Notes: generated by a model from the letters alone, not told the origin. A stretch of 53,330 nucleotides of DNA from a virus (IMGVR_UViG_3300037010_000252:1-53330); one strand, 5' to 3'; positions 43,531-51,754 are shown, numbered from the stretch's first letter. Translations and numbers: made by a program.

Positions 43531-44990
43531 TACGAAACCTGCGGGTCTGGATCAACGAATAGTATGTCGAGCGAAGATGCTGATTTGATACCTATGTTGA
43601 GGGTAACAACTACTGCGCTATCCTGCTTGATAGAGGTTGGAGTCGTTACGCTTATCTTGTTCTTGTTGAAGGTAATCGACCCCCATGTTGATGATGGGAG
43701 CCAGGTTGCAGTCGATGTAGCAAGAGGCGCAGGAGAAGACAGCCTGTTCCGCGAACTAACAGTTTTCGGCAAACCTGTTGCATCATCTACATAAGTCACC
43801 TCTAGCCACACAGTTGCATCAGTCGGGGACATTGTGTTGGCAACAAGAAACTCTTGCGTAATAGTCTTGCTTGCCGCTGCGCTCTGGTAAACCTTGCTCG
43901 TGTGAATTTTAAGCGGCGCTGACGTGCTGGCCGTAACGGGATACGCGCGCCATGACCAAGGAGTAGAACCGCTGGTTGGCAGCGTTGCATTGAGTGTTGG
44001 CGGGTTGTTGTCAGAACGTGACGATATAAAACCACTACGATCCCACCGCTCAGACCCCAGACTTCCATCGGCTCCAAATGTAGAAATAGTTCCAATGTGG
44101 CGGGCAGTAGATGACGAAAGATTTATTGTCTTCGGATAAGAAAACCCAAATGTTTCTGCATAACCTACATAGCTTGTTGACATAATAAACAGCGTGAATC
44201 CAGTAGTCACCAAGTTGCCAGTTAAACTCCCGCCATTTACCAGAAAATTGACACCACCAGAACTCGAACCAGCAAGACTGATTGCAGCTAACTGGCCATA
44301 AGGTCCACTTGACGCATTCGCAATCAATGTAGTGTTATTTAGCACTACTTGACCTTGGGTCGCGCCAATAAACGTTGAGTATTGTCCGATACTAATTGTG
44401 CAATTGTTGACTTCATTAAAACCAGTGTATCCACTACCAAGGTTAGAGCCAGTTGCATAGATGGCTATTCTTCCGTAGCCGTTAGTTGTGTTTGATACAT
44501 CTATCAACCAGCCATCTATAATGTTCGCAGCACTTAAATATATTGCAACACCATTCGAGTTCGATGCACAAACTACACTTATCCGCCCTGCTGTCGATGC
44601 GATTACATTATTGGCTGTACGAATGGTTGCAATGTAGGTTGCCAAACTGATGGTAAGCGTACCGCTAACTCCGCTCCATACAGCGCCATTGTCAAGTATC
44701 CACGTCACTACAACGGAAGGTGAATCGTCCGTAAGCCCTGACTTACCCAAATAGCTGTTAACAGTAAGGGTCAGAGTGATGTCAGCGCCACCGCTGGTCT
44801 TAGAGCGAATATATACAGTATCACCAGCATTCAACGACCCATAGGCCGGTGCAGTGCTAGTAGTGCTATTTGTGTTAAAGAAAATAGCAATGTCATTCCA
44901 AGCCCCAGGCGCACCAGCCGATGCAGCTTCATTACTTGCAGTGCCGTCACCACAATATGCAGCGCCGTGGATAAGATACTTGTTAGCCAT
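43530..44990 (-). CDS. putative receptor-binding tail fibre/spike
   Basis: 486 aa, Ser/Thr/Gly/Asn-rich with a beta-helix-like middle; visibly AT-richer than the rest; C-terminal FVDPDP. Confidence 0.6.
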   Translation of the reverse strand: MANKYLIHGAAYCGDGTASNEAASAGAPGAWNDIAIFFNTNSTTSTAPAYGSLNAGDTVYIRSKTSGGADITLTLTVNSYLGKSGLTDDSPSVVVTWILDNGAVWSGVSGTLTISLATYIATIRTANNVIASTAGRISVVCASNSNGVAIYLSAANIIDGWLIDVSNTTNGYGRIAIYATGSNLGSGYTGFNEVNNCTISIGQYSTFIGATQGQVVLNNTTLIANASSGPYGQLAAISLAGSSSGGVNFLVNGGSLTGNLVTTGFTLFIMSTSYVGYAETFGFSYPKTINLSSSTARHIGTISTFGADGSLGSERWDRSGFISSRSDNNPPTLNATLPTSGSTPWSWRAYPVTASTSAPLKIHTSKVYQSAAASKTITQEFLVANTMSPTDATVWLEVTYVDDATGLPKTVSSRNRLSSPAPLATSTATWLPSSTWGSITFNKNKISVTTPTSIKQDSAVVVTLNIGIKSASSLDILFVDPDPQVS

Positions 44991-45390
44991 TCATAATGCC
45001 CTGATCTGCGCACAATGAAGCAAATGCCTGCATCTGCAAAGCAGCTTGCGCAATCATGAAAATTGCTGGCACCAGCTCATACTTATCCGAAACAGTAACC
45101 TCAATCTCTTTGTCTGTATTGTTCCAGCCAACAAGCGGTGAATGCTCGGCAAGCCAGTTCTTGACACACTCCGATTTGGTTCCTATGTAGTCTAATGACA
45201 GACGAAACGCAGATTCACCGTCGTCGGTGACGCGCCAGCCGTTACCATTGATTGCGTCAGCAAACACGACCACGTTATCACCATCGTCCCACTTCATTGG
45301 AGTTACCACCATAAAACCATTTTTGGTATCAATGACTTCAAAATTATGGAGAATCTCAAATTCAATTTTGGATATGGACTCCTTATCCAT
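44983..45390 (-). CDS. DUF1828-like protein
   Basis: TP....DGD....F.......R.TDDGE motif; overlaps both neighbours by 8 bp. Confidence 0.65.
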   Translation of the reverse strand: MDKESISKIEFEILHNFEVIDTKNGFMVVTPMKWDDGDNVVVFADAINGNGWRVTDDGESAFRLSLDYIGTKSECVKNWLAEHSPLVGWNNTDKEIEVTVSDKYELVPAIFMIAQAALQMQAFASLCADQGIMNG

Positions 45391-45775
45391 TCAGAATCTC
45401 CTGAGCACGCCCACTTGCCAGTATGCCTGCCTGTTCTAGCATCATCACACCGCCTTGTGTTTTCGTACTATCGAGGTCTACATCCTCAGCCAATTCCATA
45501 AGATACAGGTAATCATCCAATGCTGCACTCGAACCGCGTGCCTGCCGAATGGCGATACGCTCTTCGGAGGTGAATAGCTCCAAGAACTCCAGTTTTGACA
45601 GGGTGCGGCGGCCTCCGTATTTGTGGTAGTCAGTCACAACGGGGGCATCTGGGCTAGGCTCCATGGTCACAACTTCCTCAAGTCTCCATCCATCGCCAAG
45701 ATGTTCCGGGCTTGGGGAATCTGCAACGTACTCGGTGACAGCTCCATTAGGATCAGTTGCGCGAAATGTTGGCAT
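45383..45775 (-). CDS. putative tail fibre assembly chaperone
   Basis: LSKLEFL.LFT.EERIAI...A..VDL......GV..L...GIL...RA.EIL pattern. Confidence 0.65.
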   Translation of the reverse strand: MPTFRATDPNGAVTEYVADSPSPEHLGDGWRLEEVVTMEPSPDAPVVTDYHKYGGRRTLSKLEFLELFTSEERIAIRQARGSSAALDDYLYLMELAEDVDLDSTKTQGGVMMLEQAGILASGRAQEILNG

Positions 45776-45817
45776 GTTGTCTCTATTGTTAAGCTGTCAG
45801 GAGGTCGTGATACTGGA

Positions 45818-45860
45818 ACTATGCCAAGTTACGCCAGTTTTCATACGCACCCTAGACGCA
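45818..45860 (-). promoter_or_regulatory. putative late promoter (TGCGTCTAGGGT-N25-CATAGT)
   Basis: 11/12 identical to the 23361-23372 box; intergenic after terS. Confidence 0.5.
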
Positions 45861-45861
45861 G

Positions 45862-46491
45862 TCACTCGTTAACGGCTGGCAGAGACAGCACGTACTCTTC
45901 AAGAGACCGATTGCTACTCTCTTCCGCTTTTCCGATGTTGAACATTTCACGCTCCAGCGTAATCAGCGTTTTGAGGGCATTGGATAGGTCTGCAAGAACC
46001 TTTGTGTTGGCGGAGAGCGATACTGCACGCATCATTTGCGACCTTCTTATCGGGCTTTCATCTCCGTCACACTCAGCCCGGATGTCTTCCTGTATCTGCT
46101 CTCGATTGCGGATAGCGGCTTCAAGGTCGTCCATGAGCATGTCTGCAGCGCCTCGCGCACGCATCACGCTCTTGCTATGCTCTCGCATCATCGCAAGAAC
46201 TATCTGCGCGTTTTCGTTGACAACCATCTTATCATTGATGTTGTCAGCGATGCGCAGCGCAACTACATCCTTTGTCGCCTTGAATACGATGTTGGCGTGC
46301 AAGTCCTTATCGCTTCCGACCAGGCTCCTCAGCCTGTAAACGGTATGGTATCCAACGCTATGCTTCTCCGCGATAGCCTGTGTGTTGAGGATGCCAGCGC
46401 GAATGTCGTCAATAATGGCCTGCCTTTTGTTCTCACGCTGAACGGCGGTCATTCTGTCCTTCACCAGTCGGCGCTTTACCCGCTGTGACAC
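45862..46491 (-). CDS. terminase small subunit (probable)
   Basis: N-terminal HTH (DIRAGILNTQAIAEKHSV) and C-terminal L..L...LK.LI.LERE.FNI motif typical of this terS type; follows the lysis cassette. Confidence 0.7.
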   Translation of the reverse strand: MSQRVKRRLVKDRMTAVQRENKRQAIIDDIRAGILNTQAIAEKHSVGYHTVYRLRSLVGSDKDLHANIVFKATKDVVALRIADNINDKMVVNENAQIVLAMMREHSKSVMRARGAADMLMDDLEAAIRNREQIQEDIRAECDGDESPIRRSQMMRAVSLSANTKVLADLSNALKTLITLEREMFNIGKAEESSNRSLEEYVLSLPAVNE

Positions 46492-46492
46492 G

Positions 46493-46975
46493 TCATTTCT
46501 CCGCTTCGTGCCAGTCTATCAATGCGTTCAGTCGCTCGGCGCATGTGTCGTATTGCTGGTTGGCGCTGGAGATCCAGTAGGCAACGTCCCGATCAGAGGC
46601 GGCAGGTGCATCGGAACCTTTTGTGTCAGGCTTGCCGGGGGTTTCGGTTGGGTCGCTGGCGGCTGGCTGCAACAGGCTGACAGCAGCAGGGGAAAGGCAA
46701 GGAACATTGTGGGTGACGGATGGGACACGTTTGATTACCTCTACGGTTTTGACAGTGATTCGGCCTTCTGCCTGGGCGAGACGCGCGGTTGCCTCATCGG
46801 CTCGCTTGATTTGCGCGTTGATCGCAGCAATCTGCGCCTCGCGCTGCTTTGCAAGCTCGGCCTTGGCCTTTTTTTGGCTCGAACCATAGCCATAGTAGAA
46901 CCCGCCGCCGAACAATGCGACGGCGACCAGGACGGCAGCCAGGATACGGTACGGAATCGGGATCAAGGACAGCAT
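46493..46975 (-). CDS. inner-membrane spanin (Rz-like)
   Basis: N-terminal TM helix, coiled coil, C-terminal Cys and C.ERLNALIDW; follows the endolysin. Confidence 0.8.
   Translation of the reverse strand: MLSLIPIPYRILAAVLVAVALFGGGFYYGYGSSQKKAKAELAKQREAQIAAINAQIKRADEATARLAQAEGRITVKTVEVIKRVPSVTHNVPCLSPAAVSLLQPAASDPTETPGKPDTKGSDAPAASDRDVAYWISSANQQYDTCAERLNALIDWHEAEK
46528..46728 (-). CDS. outer-membrane lipoprotein spanin (Rz1-like), fully embedded in Rz
   Basis: GAGGT SD before GTG; signal FLAFPLLLSA-C lipobox; Pro-rich mature part. Confidence 0.75.
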   Translation of the reverse strand: MSHPSPTMFLAFPLLLSACCSQPPATQPKPPASLTQKVPMHLPPLIGTLPTGSPAPTSNTTHAPSD

Positions 46976-47442
46976 TACATCTCCCTAATGCCAAGGCACA
47001 GCTTGCGCTCTGCCTCGCGGCGCTTAACCAAACCGGGATTTACCTTTCCTCCGGCCCTGTTAAACAGCAAGATAGCGTCACATGCCCCCTTGTAGTCGCC
47101 CATCACCATCTTTTTGGCAACTGTTGACCTGCAAAACGCATCGGGGCCGATGTTGTAAGTAAGACTTACAAGTGCGTCGAACTCATACTGATACATCGGC
47201 ACCGGGGCGCAGCGTTTAACCGCGTCGGAATAAACGCTCGCACTCTTGTTGAGCCGAATCAGGGATCGCACCGGGTCAGTCTTGTCTCCCGGCTTTACGC
47301 CTTCTGTAGTCCCAAACCCGATGGTCTGCACTCCTACACCATCGTCATAGGCCGTCCCTCTATAACCCTCGCTGACCGCGATACCTACCAGGGCAGACGC
47401 CGACAGAACCAAGGCGCCGATGGCTGTACGTCGCTGGATCAT
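46975..47442 (-). CDS. SAR endolysin, GH24 lysozyme
   Basis: weakly hydrophobic N-terminal SAR segment followed by the E-x8-D-x5-T triad (EGYRGTAYDDGVGVQT) and GLVKRR..E; real start is ATG 47442, coupled to the holin stop. Confidence 0.9.
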   Translation of the reverse strand: MIQRRTAIGALVLSASALVGIAVSEGYRGTAYDDGVGVQTIGFGTTEGVKPGDKTDPVRSLIRLNKSASVYSDAVKRCAPVPMYQYEFDALVSLTYNIGPDAFCRSTVAKKMVMGDYKGACDAILLFNRAGGKVNPGLVKRREAERKLCLGIREM

Positions 47443-47657
47443 TCGTCGTCCCTCATCTTGGGCTGCGCAATCAGCCGTGCGAACATCGCGCCCGCAACGG
47501 CAACAAACGACAAGACGGCGAACAAATCGCGCGGGATAGAATCCGAGAAGATTGGCACAACGACCTCGGCGCCCGACATGACTGCGGCAAACGCACCCAG
47601 GCGCATACTCCATGCCTTGCGCGCGATTCGCTTCCAATCGTCTAGCAGCATTATCAT
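47439..47657 (-). CDS. holin (two TM helices)
   Basis: L..DW....RKAWS.R...ARL..QP pattern directly upstream of the endolysin; AAGGA SD. Confidence 0.75.
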   Translation of the reverse strand: MIMLLDDWKRIARKAWSMRLGAFAAVMSGAEVVVPIFSDSIPRDLFAVLSFVAVAGAMFARLIAQPKMRDDE

Positions 47658-47938
47658 TTACCGTTCCTTTGTTGCGCGTACTGCCGTTTTTCGTGGTCGA
47701 TCTGGCAATCTCTGTCGCAATAAACAAGCTCGGGCGGAAGCTCTTCCCCGCAGTTCAGGCAATGCCCATCATGTTCGGGAACAGGCTTCCTGTAACTGAT
47801 GGCCGCTTCACGCGCCTTTTCCTCGGCAATAGTTGCCAGATCGTCAATGTCCATTTTTGGAAAACTGAAAAATTGAACTAGGCAATACACCAGCATACCG
47901 GCCGCAAACCCTATCGAGAATCCGGCAACGAAGAGCAT
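47654..47938 (-). CDS. TraR/DksA-like C4 zinc-finger protein with a possible N-terminal TM helix
   Basis: DIDDLA acidic tip, then CLNC...CDRDC; the start could be 47938 (TAATG coupled) or 47854. Confidence 0.65.
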   Translation of the reverse strand: MLFVAGFSIGFAAGMLVYCLVQFFSFPKMDIDDLATIAEEKAREAAISYRKPVPEHDGHCLNCGEELPPELVYCDRDCQIDHEKRQYAQQRNGK

Positions 47939-48129
47939 TAGTATGCGAGCATGTGTACCGAAACATTCTTTGCTCCAGCGTCTTCCAGGGCTTGCTTGAA
48001 CTCGGATGCGCAGTCTTCCTCAACGGAGGTCATAACGCTTTTAACGCATTCCATAGCCTCATCGGTTGACGCCATGTTTGCGTACTCAAACCAAATCGAC
48101 ACATGCACCGTAATCTTGCCCTTGCTCAT
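47938..48129 (-). CDS. hypothetical protein
   Basis: AAGGA SD; ATGA-coupled start at 48129. Confidence 0.6.
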   Translation of the reverse strand: MSKGKITVHVSIWFEYANMASTDEAMECVKSVMTSVEEDCASEFKQALEDAGAKNVSVHMLAY

Positions 48130-48503
48130 GGATGAGTCCTTCCTCCGGTAATCCATAACCACAACATCCCGCCGAGCACAGTCACAAACAGAACTGGCCG
48201 CCACATAACTCCGCACGCAGAATTAAGCCTGCCCATAAACCGCATCATTCCTCGCACGTCCTCAGTAAATTCCGGCAAGCCCTCCTGTCGTTCAGCGATC
48301 CGAACTAGATTGGCGACCGTCAACGTAAGAGCCTTGATGGATTCGGTAGTTTCCGCGTGCATCTTGAATGACTCAGCCCTGGCCGCAACCAGTTCGACCA
48401 TTAGCTTGTCGTTGTCCTCCATGCGCTGATGAAGCCTCTCTACCCTGTCATTGATCCGTTTATGGACGTGCGACGTTGTGTCTGTTGATCGTCTATCTGT
48501 CAT
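48126..48503 (-). CDS. coiled-coil protein with C-terminal TM helix (possible holin/antiholin accessory)
   Basis: DRR motif, coiled coil, hydrophobic C-terminus; first gene of the lysis cluster. Confidence 0.65.
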   Translation of the reverse strand: MTDRRSTDTTSHVHKRINDRVERLHQRMEDNDKLMVELVAARAESFKMHAETTESIKALTLTVANLVRIAERQEGLPEFTEDVRGMMRFMGRLNSACGVMWRPVLFVTVLGGMLWLWITGGRTHP

Positions 48504-48531
48504 TTGCGCGACCGTGTGATGCTTTTGCGTG

Positions 48532-48575
48532 ATTTTGCCAAGCCACCAGGCCGTCAGCCATTAACCCCCACCGCA
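48532..48575 (-). promoter_or_regulatory. putative late promoter (TGCGGTGGGGGT-N26-CAAAAT)
   Basis: variant of the shared late motif, upstream of the lysis cluster. Confidence 0.4.
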
Positions 48576-48709
48576 CACAACGTTAACCATGCGGAGTATC
48601 TCCATCCGACTACGCTAACGCGCTGGAGATTGCGGTCGATGCCTATGCCCATGCTGGCAACAAGCACTAAAGGAGCGGGATTGCCGGAACAATCCGCTTG
48701 GGCGATGAA

Positions 48710-49084
48710 TCAATCCACATGCACAACAGTCGTTACCGATCCACACCTCAGCGTGATGCGCCCTCGCTCGTCCTGTGTAGCAATCACGCCCCTGGACGCC
48801 AGTAGAGCAACTTTGCGTGCCGTCCGTGCGCCGTTACGCCTTGCATAGTCGATCAGCGCGGCATCACTAGCAGACCATCTTGTTTCGCACTTGTTGCGAT
48901 TTACCCGAACCCTCCGCCTACGGGCTGCCCACGCTGATCTTGCCAGGATGGCGCCTACTACCCCTGGGTGCAGTTTGCAAATGTTTGCAATTTCGCAGGT
49001 AGATAGGTCGTTCGGAGAGGAAAAAAAGAGAGAATCAATGATTGCGCACAGCATTTTCCGCGAGTTTTCCTGCCCCCGTTTCAA
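48710..49084 (-). CDS. basic HTH-like hypothetical protein
   Basis: LSTCEIANICKLHPGVVGAIL resembles an HTH; start uncertain (TTG 49084 or ATG 49054). Confidence 0.5.
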   Translation of the reverse strand: MKRGQENSRKMLCAIIDSLFFSSPNDLSTCEIANICKLHPGVVGAILARSAWAARRRRVRVNRNKCETRWSASDAALIDYARRNGARTARKVALLASRGVIATQDERGRITLRCGSVTTVVHVD

Positions 49085-49175
49085 TCTGTGCGCTCTTATC
49101 TATTGATTTGATTGAAGTTTTGCAGTTTGTGCAATTTTTCCCATTTTTTTGCTGTGTTTTGCAAAATCTTTGCAC

Positions 49176-49490
49176 TCAATCAAGCAAGCCATGTCGTTCG
49201 AGTATCTCGTTGCATTTGGCGCTTAGGTCTTCCTGCTTCCCGTATCTATCCTCGAATCTACGCTTGTACGGGTGTACGGCAATCAGTGTCTTGTCATTAC
49301 CTGTTCCGTGTTGATGGTGGCCAGCGCATAGCGGCAGGACGCGGCGATGCGCGCCTGGCTTTGTGCGGCCGTCTATGTGGTGGATGCTGCAATGGTTTGT
49401 CGGGTTGCCGTCGATATAGCACGCAATGCAGCCGATTACGTCAACCAGACGCGACCAGTAGATACGCTCGCTCTTGGTGGGTGCGCTCAT
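49176..49490 (-). CDS. Ref-family (recombination enhancement) HNH nuclease
   Basis: GCIAC...IHH..GR....AH..VLPLC..HH...HP.K..FE..YG; start at ATG 49490 because the longer track start runs into the tRNA. Confidence 0.8.
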   Translation of the reverse strand: MSAPTKSERIYWSRLVDVIGCIACYIDGNPTNHCSIHHIDGRTKPGAHRRVLPLCAGHHQHGTGNDKTLIAVHPYKRRFEDRYGKQEDLSAKCNEILERHGLLD

Positions 49491-49501
49491 ATCGAGTGTG
49501 T

Positions 49502-49578
49502 TGGTGGGTCTGAACGGACTTGAACCGTTGACCACGGAATTATGAGTTCCACGCTCTAACCATCTGAGCTACAGACCC
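49502..49578 (-). tRNA. tRNA with CAT anticodon (Ile2-type more likely than elongator Met)
   Basis: GGGTCTG/CAGACCC acceptor stem, D arm AGCTCAGATGGTTAGAGC, anticodon loop CTCATAA, T loop TTCAAGT, encoded CCA; 77 nt. Confidence 0.93.
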
Positions 49579-49587
49579 GTGAAGCTA

Positions 49588-50073
49588 TCATACCTCATCC
49601 GGCATTGCTTCGGCCATCATCTCAATGGCCTCCGGTGTGAGGCTCGGCCAGTACTCTTGCGCTATGTATCCCGAAATCCTCCTGATCGTCGCCCGGAACT
49701 GCGCTTCGTCCATGCTGGCGAACGACAGGCTACGCGGCACCCGGTGCATGATCTTGACCTTCTGGCCCAAAATGACCAGGACAAGCGGTATCTCGTCGCA
49801 CTCTATGTTGCCCTCGATCTGTAGGCGCTTGAGCACCGCATGACCGTCGAGTCCGGTAAAGTCTTCAATGTTGTCGGACACAAGAGTACCTAGGCGATGT
49901 GCGAGCCGATGGAATCCCGGGTTACGCGGCTTACGTAGGTCGGCAAGAAGGATGTCCCCTATCCTGTATCCGCGCTCACGCAGCCGCTTTGCGGTATATC
50001 CGTCGGCCGGGACAAGTGCGCCCCTTACGACGGTAAACAGCAGGCGCTCGGGCTTACTGGCTGCCGCCTTCAT
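49588..50073 (-). CDS. DUF1367/NinB-like protein
   Basis: G.LVPAD, PRNP.FHR and P.S.SF.SMDE..F motifs. Confidence 0.7.
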   Translation of the reverse strand: MKAAASKPERLLFTVVRGALVPADGYTAKRLRERGYRIGDILLADLRKPRNPGFHRLAHRLGTLVSDNIEDFTGLDGHAVLKRLQIEGNIECDEIPLVLVILGQKVKIMHRVPRSLSFASMDEAQFRATIRRISGYIAQEYWPSLTPEAIEMMAEAMPDEV

Positions 50074-50251
50074 GGGCTATATCATGTGCAATCGCGGCAA
50101 AGCATACCTTTGCGGCCTCGATTCCGCGCCGCGCGGCCTCCTTGGCCTCGTCGTACTCGCCAAGCTCGCGCAGCCGGTAATGGCGCGCGACGGCCTCAAA
50201 GTCGGCCGCGAACTGCTTGCTCACCATCACCTGCTCGCCGCTGCTTGCCAT
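50054..50251 (-). CDS. hypothetical protein
   Basis: first ORF after a TGnTAAAAT extended -10 (50281-50289); overlaps the next gene. Confidence 0.6.
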   Translation of the reverse strand: MASSGEQVMVSKQFAADFEAVARHYRLRELGEYDEAKEAARRGIEAAKVCFAAIAHDIAHEGGSQ

Positions 50252-50330
50252 CTATAGTCCCATTCCAGACGGTACGCATCATTTTACCACGTGCCCGCCC
50301 CACCTAGCGAAAATATTTTGTCAATCATAC

Positions 50331-50358
50331 TTGACATTTCCCAAAAATCGCGTAGACT
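50331..50358 (+). promoter_or_regulatory. strong sigma70-type early promoter
   Basis: TTGACA-N16-TAGACT with an AT-rich upstream tract and a 5' hairpin GATAGCA-CAG-TGCTGTC. Confidence 0.7.
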
Positions 50359-50422
50359 GCAAATCATGGATAGCACAGTGCTGTCGCCCACGCCACGGGG
50401 AGTCAGGGGCTAGGAGATTGAA

Positions 50423-50797
50423 ATGAGCCACAAGCAATTGGTATCTGATATTCACGCCGTTGTGCAGCAGCGGATAGGAGAAATCGACCTAATCATGACA
50501 GGGCAGCGGAATACCGCCTCGTTCTACATGGCCACGTCCCAAATTTCTGGACAGGATCGCCTGTCCGCACTGACGGAATGGAAGTCCGCGCTAAAGGAGT
50601 CCTTGAGGGAAGTCAAGCGGGTTGCGCACTCAGCCCCCGAGGTGAAAGCATACCAAAAATTCCTAGGCTCTCCGTCCTCCATGTCATATGTAATGGTGGA
50701 TTGCCTCATCTGGCCATCCAGTGGGGGGCATTCCAAGCACGAAGAGTTTGACGCCGCCGTGCAGAAGCTAAAACGCCTGCTGAGCTGCGAGTTTTGA
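50423..50797 (+). CDS. hypothetical early protein
   Basis: AGGAG SD. Confidence 0.75.
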   Translation: MSHKQLVSDIHAVVQQRIGEIDLIMTGQRNTASFYMATSQISGQDRLSALTEWKSALKESLREVKRVAHSAPEVKAYQKFLGSPSSMSYVMVDCLIWPSSGGHSKHEEFDAAVQKLKRLLSCEF

Positions 50798-50833
50798 GCA
50801 GAGTTCAACCAAAACGCACGCAAGGAGAAAACA

Positions 50834-51331
50834 ATGGAAGCAAGCCAAGTTGTTAACGATCTTACAAAATCCGGCATTGAGCCTGTTGCCGAGTACGTGG
50901 CCGCAGCAGGTCGTGACTACGGATGGGTCAAGGCGTGGCCAACAGACGGCCGCTATGTAGTGCAGTACGGCGACAGCTCAAACACTTACGCCGAGTTTGC
51001 CAACGACATTGATGATTTGGCCTGGTGGATTGAGTTCTCTGGATTGAGCGGACTCGATGCAGTTGTACAAACTGCCAATGTGCGAGGCCCTGGCGCAGTG
51101 CCGGAAGCCAACGAGGGCGATGAAGGGCCGTTCTATATCCTGGAAACCCGCTACTGGTACGGCGCGATCGAGACCAGTAGTCTTGTCATGGACGACACTG
51201 GGCGCGAACCGCTTGAGTTCGCATCCATCGAGGATGCGCGCGCATGGATTAAGCACGTTGACGGCGAGGTTTACCGCCTCTCAAACAACGAGAGTATGCG
51301 CCCGTACTATAACGTTGTCGCCTGCTCTTAA
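50834..51331 (+). CDS. acidic hypothetical early protein
   Basis: AAGGAG SD; 165 aa. Confidence 0.8.
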   Translation: MEASQVVNDLTKSGIEPVAEYVAAAGRDYGWVKAWPTDGRYVVQYGDSSNTYAEFANDIDDLAWWIEFSGLSGLDAVVQTANVRGPGAVPEANEGDEGPFYILETRYWYGAIETSSLVMDDTGREPLEFASIEDARAWIKHVDGEVYRLSNNESMRPYYNVVACS

Positions 51332-51366
51332 AAACCAAACTTCCAAACACATAGGAGAAACATACC

Positions 51367-51696
51367 ATGTATAAGCGAGCAACCTTTTCAGACTTCCTCG
51401 ACGCCTTCCGTCACGCCGGGCGTGAAGATCAATTCAGCTATCAGGCGAAGGAGGCGCTATTTGAATACCTTGAAGACTTTGAAGAAGAAACCGGAGAGCC
51501 GTATGAACTTGACGTTATCGCGCTTTGCTGCGAGTTCCAGGAATCCGACATTGACGAGATCATCGAAGAAAACGGCCTCGATTTGTCTAGCTGTGAGGAT
51601 GACGACGACAGGCGCGAGTTGGTCAAGGAGTTCCTCGACTACAGAACGACTGTTGTATGGTCGGACGGCGACAGCTTCCTTTTTCAGCAATTTTAA
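51367..51696 (+). CDS. highly acidic small protein, candidate DNA mimic
   Basis: AGGAG SD; about 32 D/E versus 9 K/R in 109 aa; FSY....LFEYLE....ELDVIA.CC.F.E motif. Confidence 0.8.
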   Translation: MYKRATFSDFLDAFRHAGREDQFSYQAKEALFEYLEDFEEETGEPYELDVIALCCEFQESDIDEIIEENGLDLSSCEDDDDRRELVKEFLDYRTTVVWSDGDSFLFQQF

Positions 51697-51754
51697 TGGT
51701 GGGTGAACCAAAATATTGCGGACAACCCATGTGACCAAATACGGAGCTATCGAC

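Noticed and set aside
43530-44990. Diversity-generating retroelement target, as in BPP-1-like podophages
   Set aside because: No reverse transcriptase and no template/variable repeat pair seen in the window.
45820-45838. sigma54-type promoter (TGGCG...TGGCA)
   Set aside because: GG-to-GC spacing is one base short of the strict -24/-12 requirement.
47649-47657. Holin dual-start motif (Met-Ile-Met)
   Set aside because: It lacks the basic residue between the starts that defines the lambda S105/S107-type switch.
47443-47727. 95-aa N-terminal extension of the endolysin in the ORF track
   Set aside because: It overlaps the holin and Zn-finger genes; the SAR domain, SD and ATGA coupling place the start at 47442.
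10045-47799. Many plus-strand ORFs antisense to the late genes (e.g. 36754-37680, 34591-35280, 45623-46339)
   Set aside because: Antisense shadows of well-supported genes, with no recognisable motifs.
49502-49578. tRNA as prophage attachment site or host boundary
   Set aside because: Phage genes continue on both sides, no duplicated 3' end was seen, and there is no integrase.
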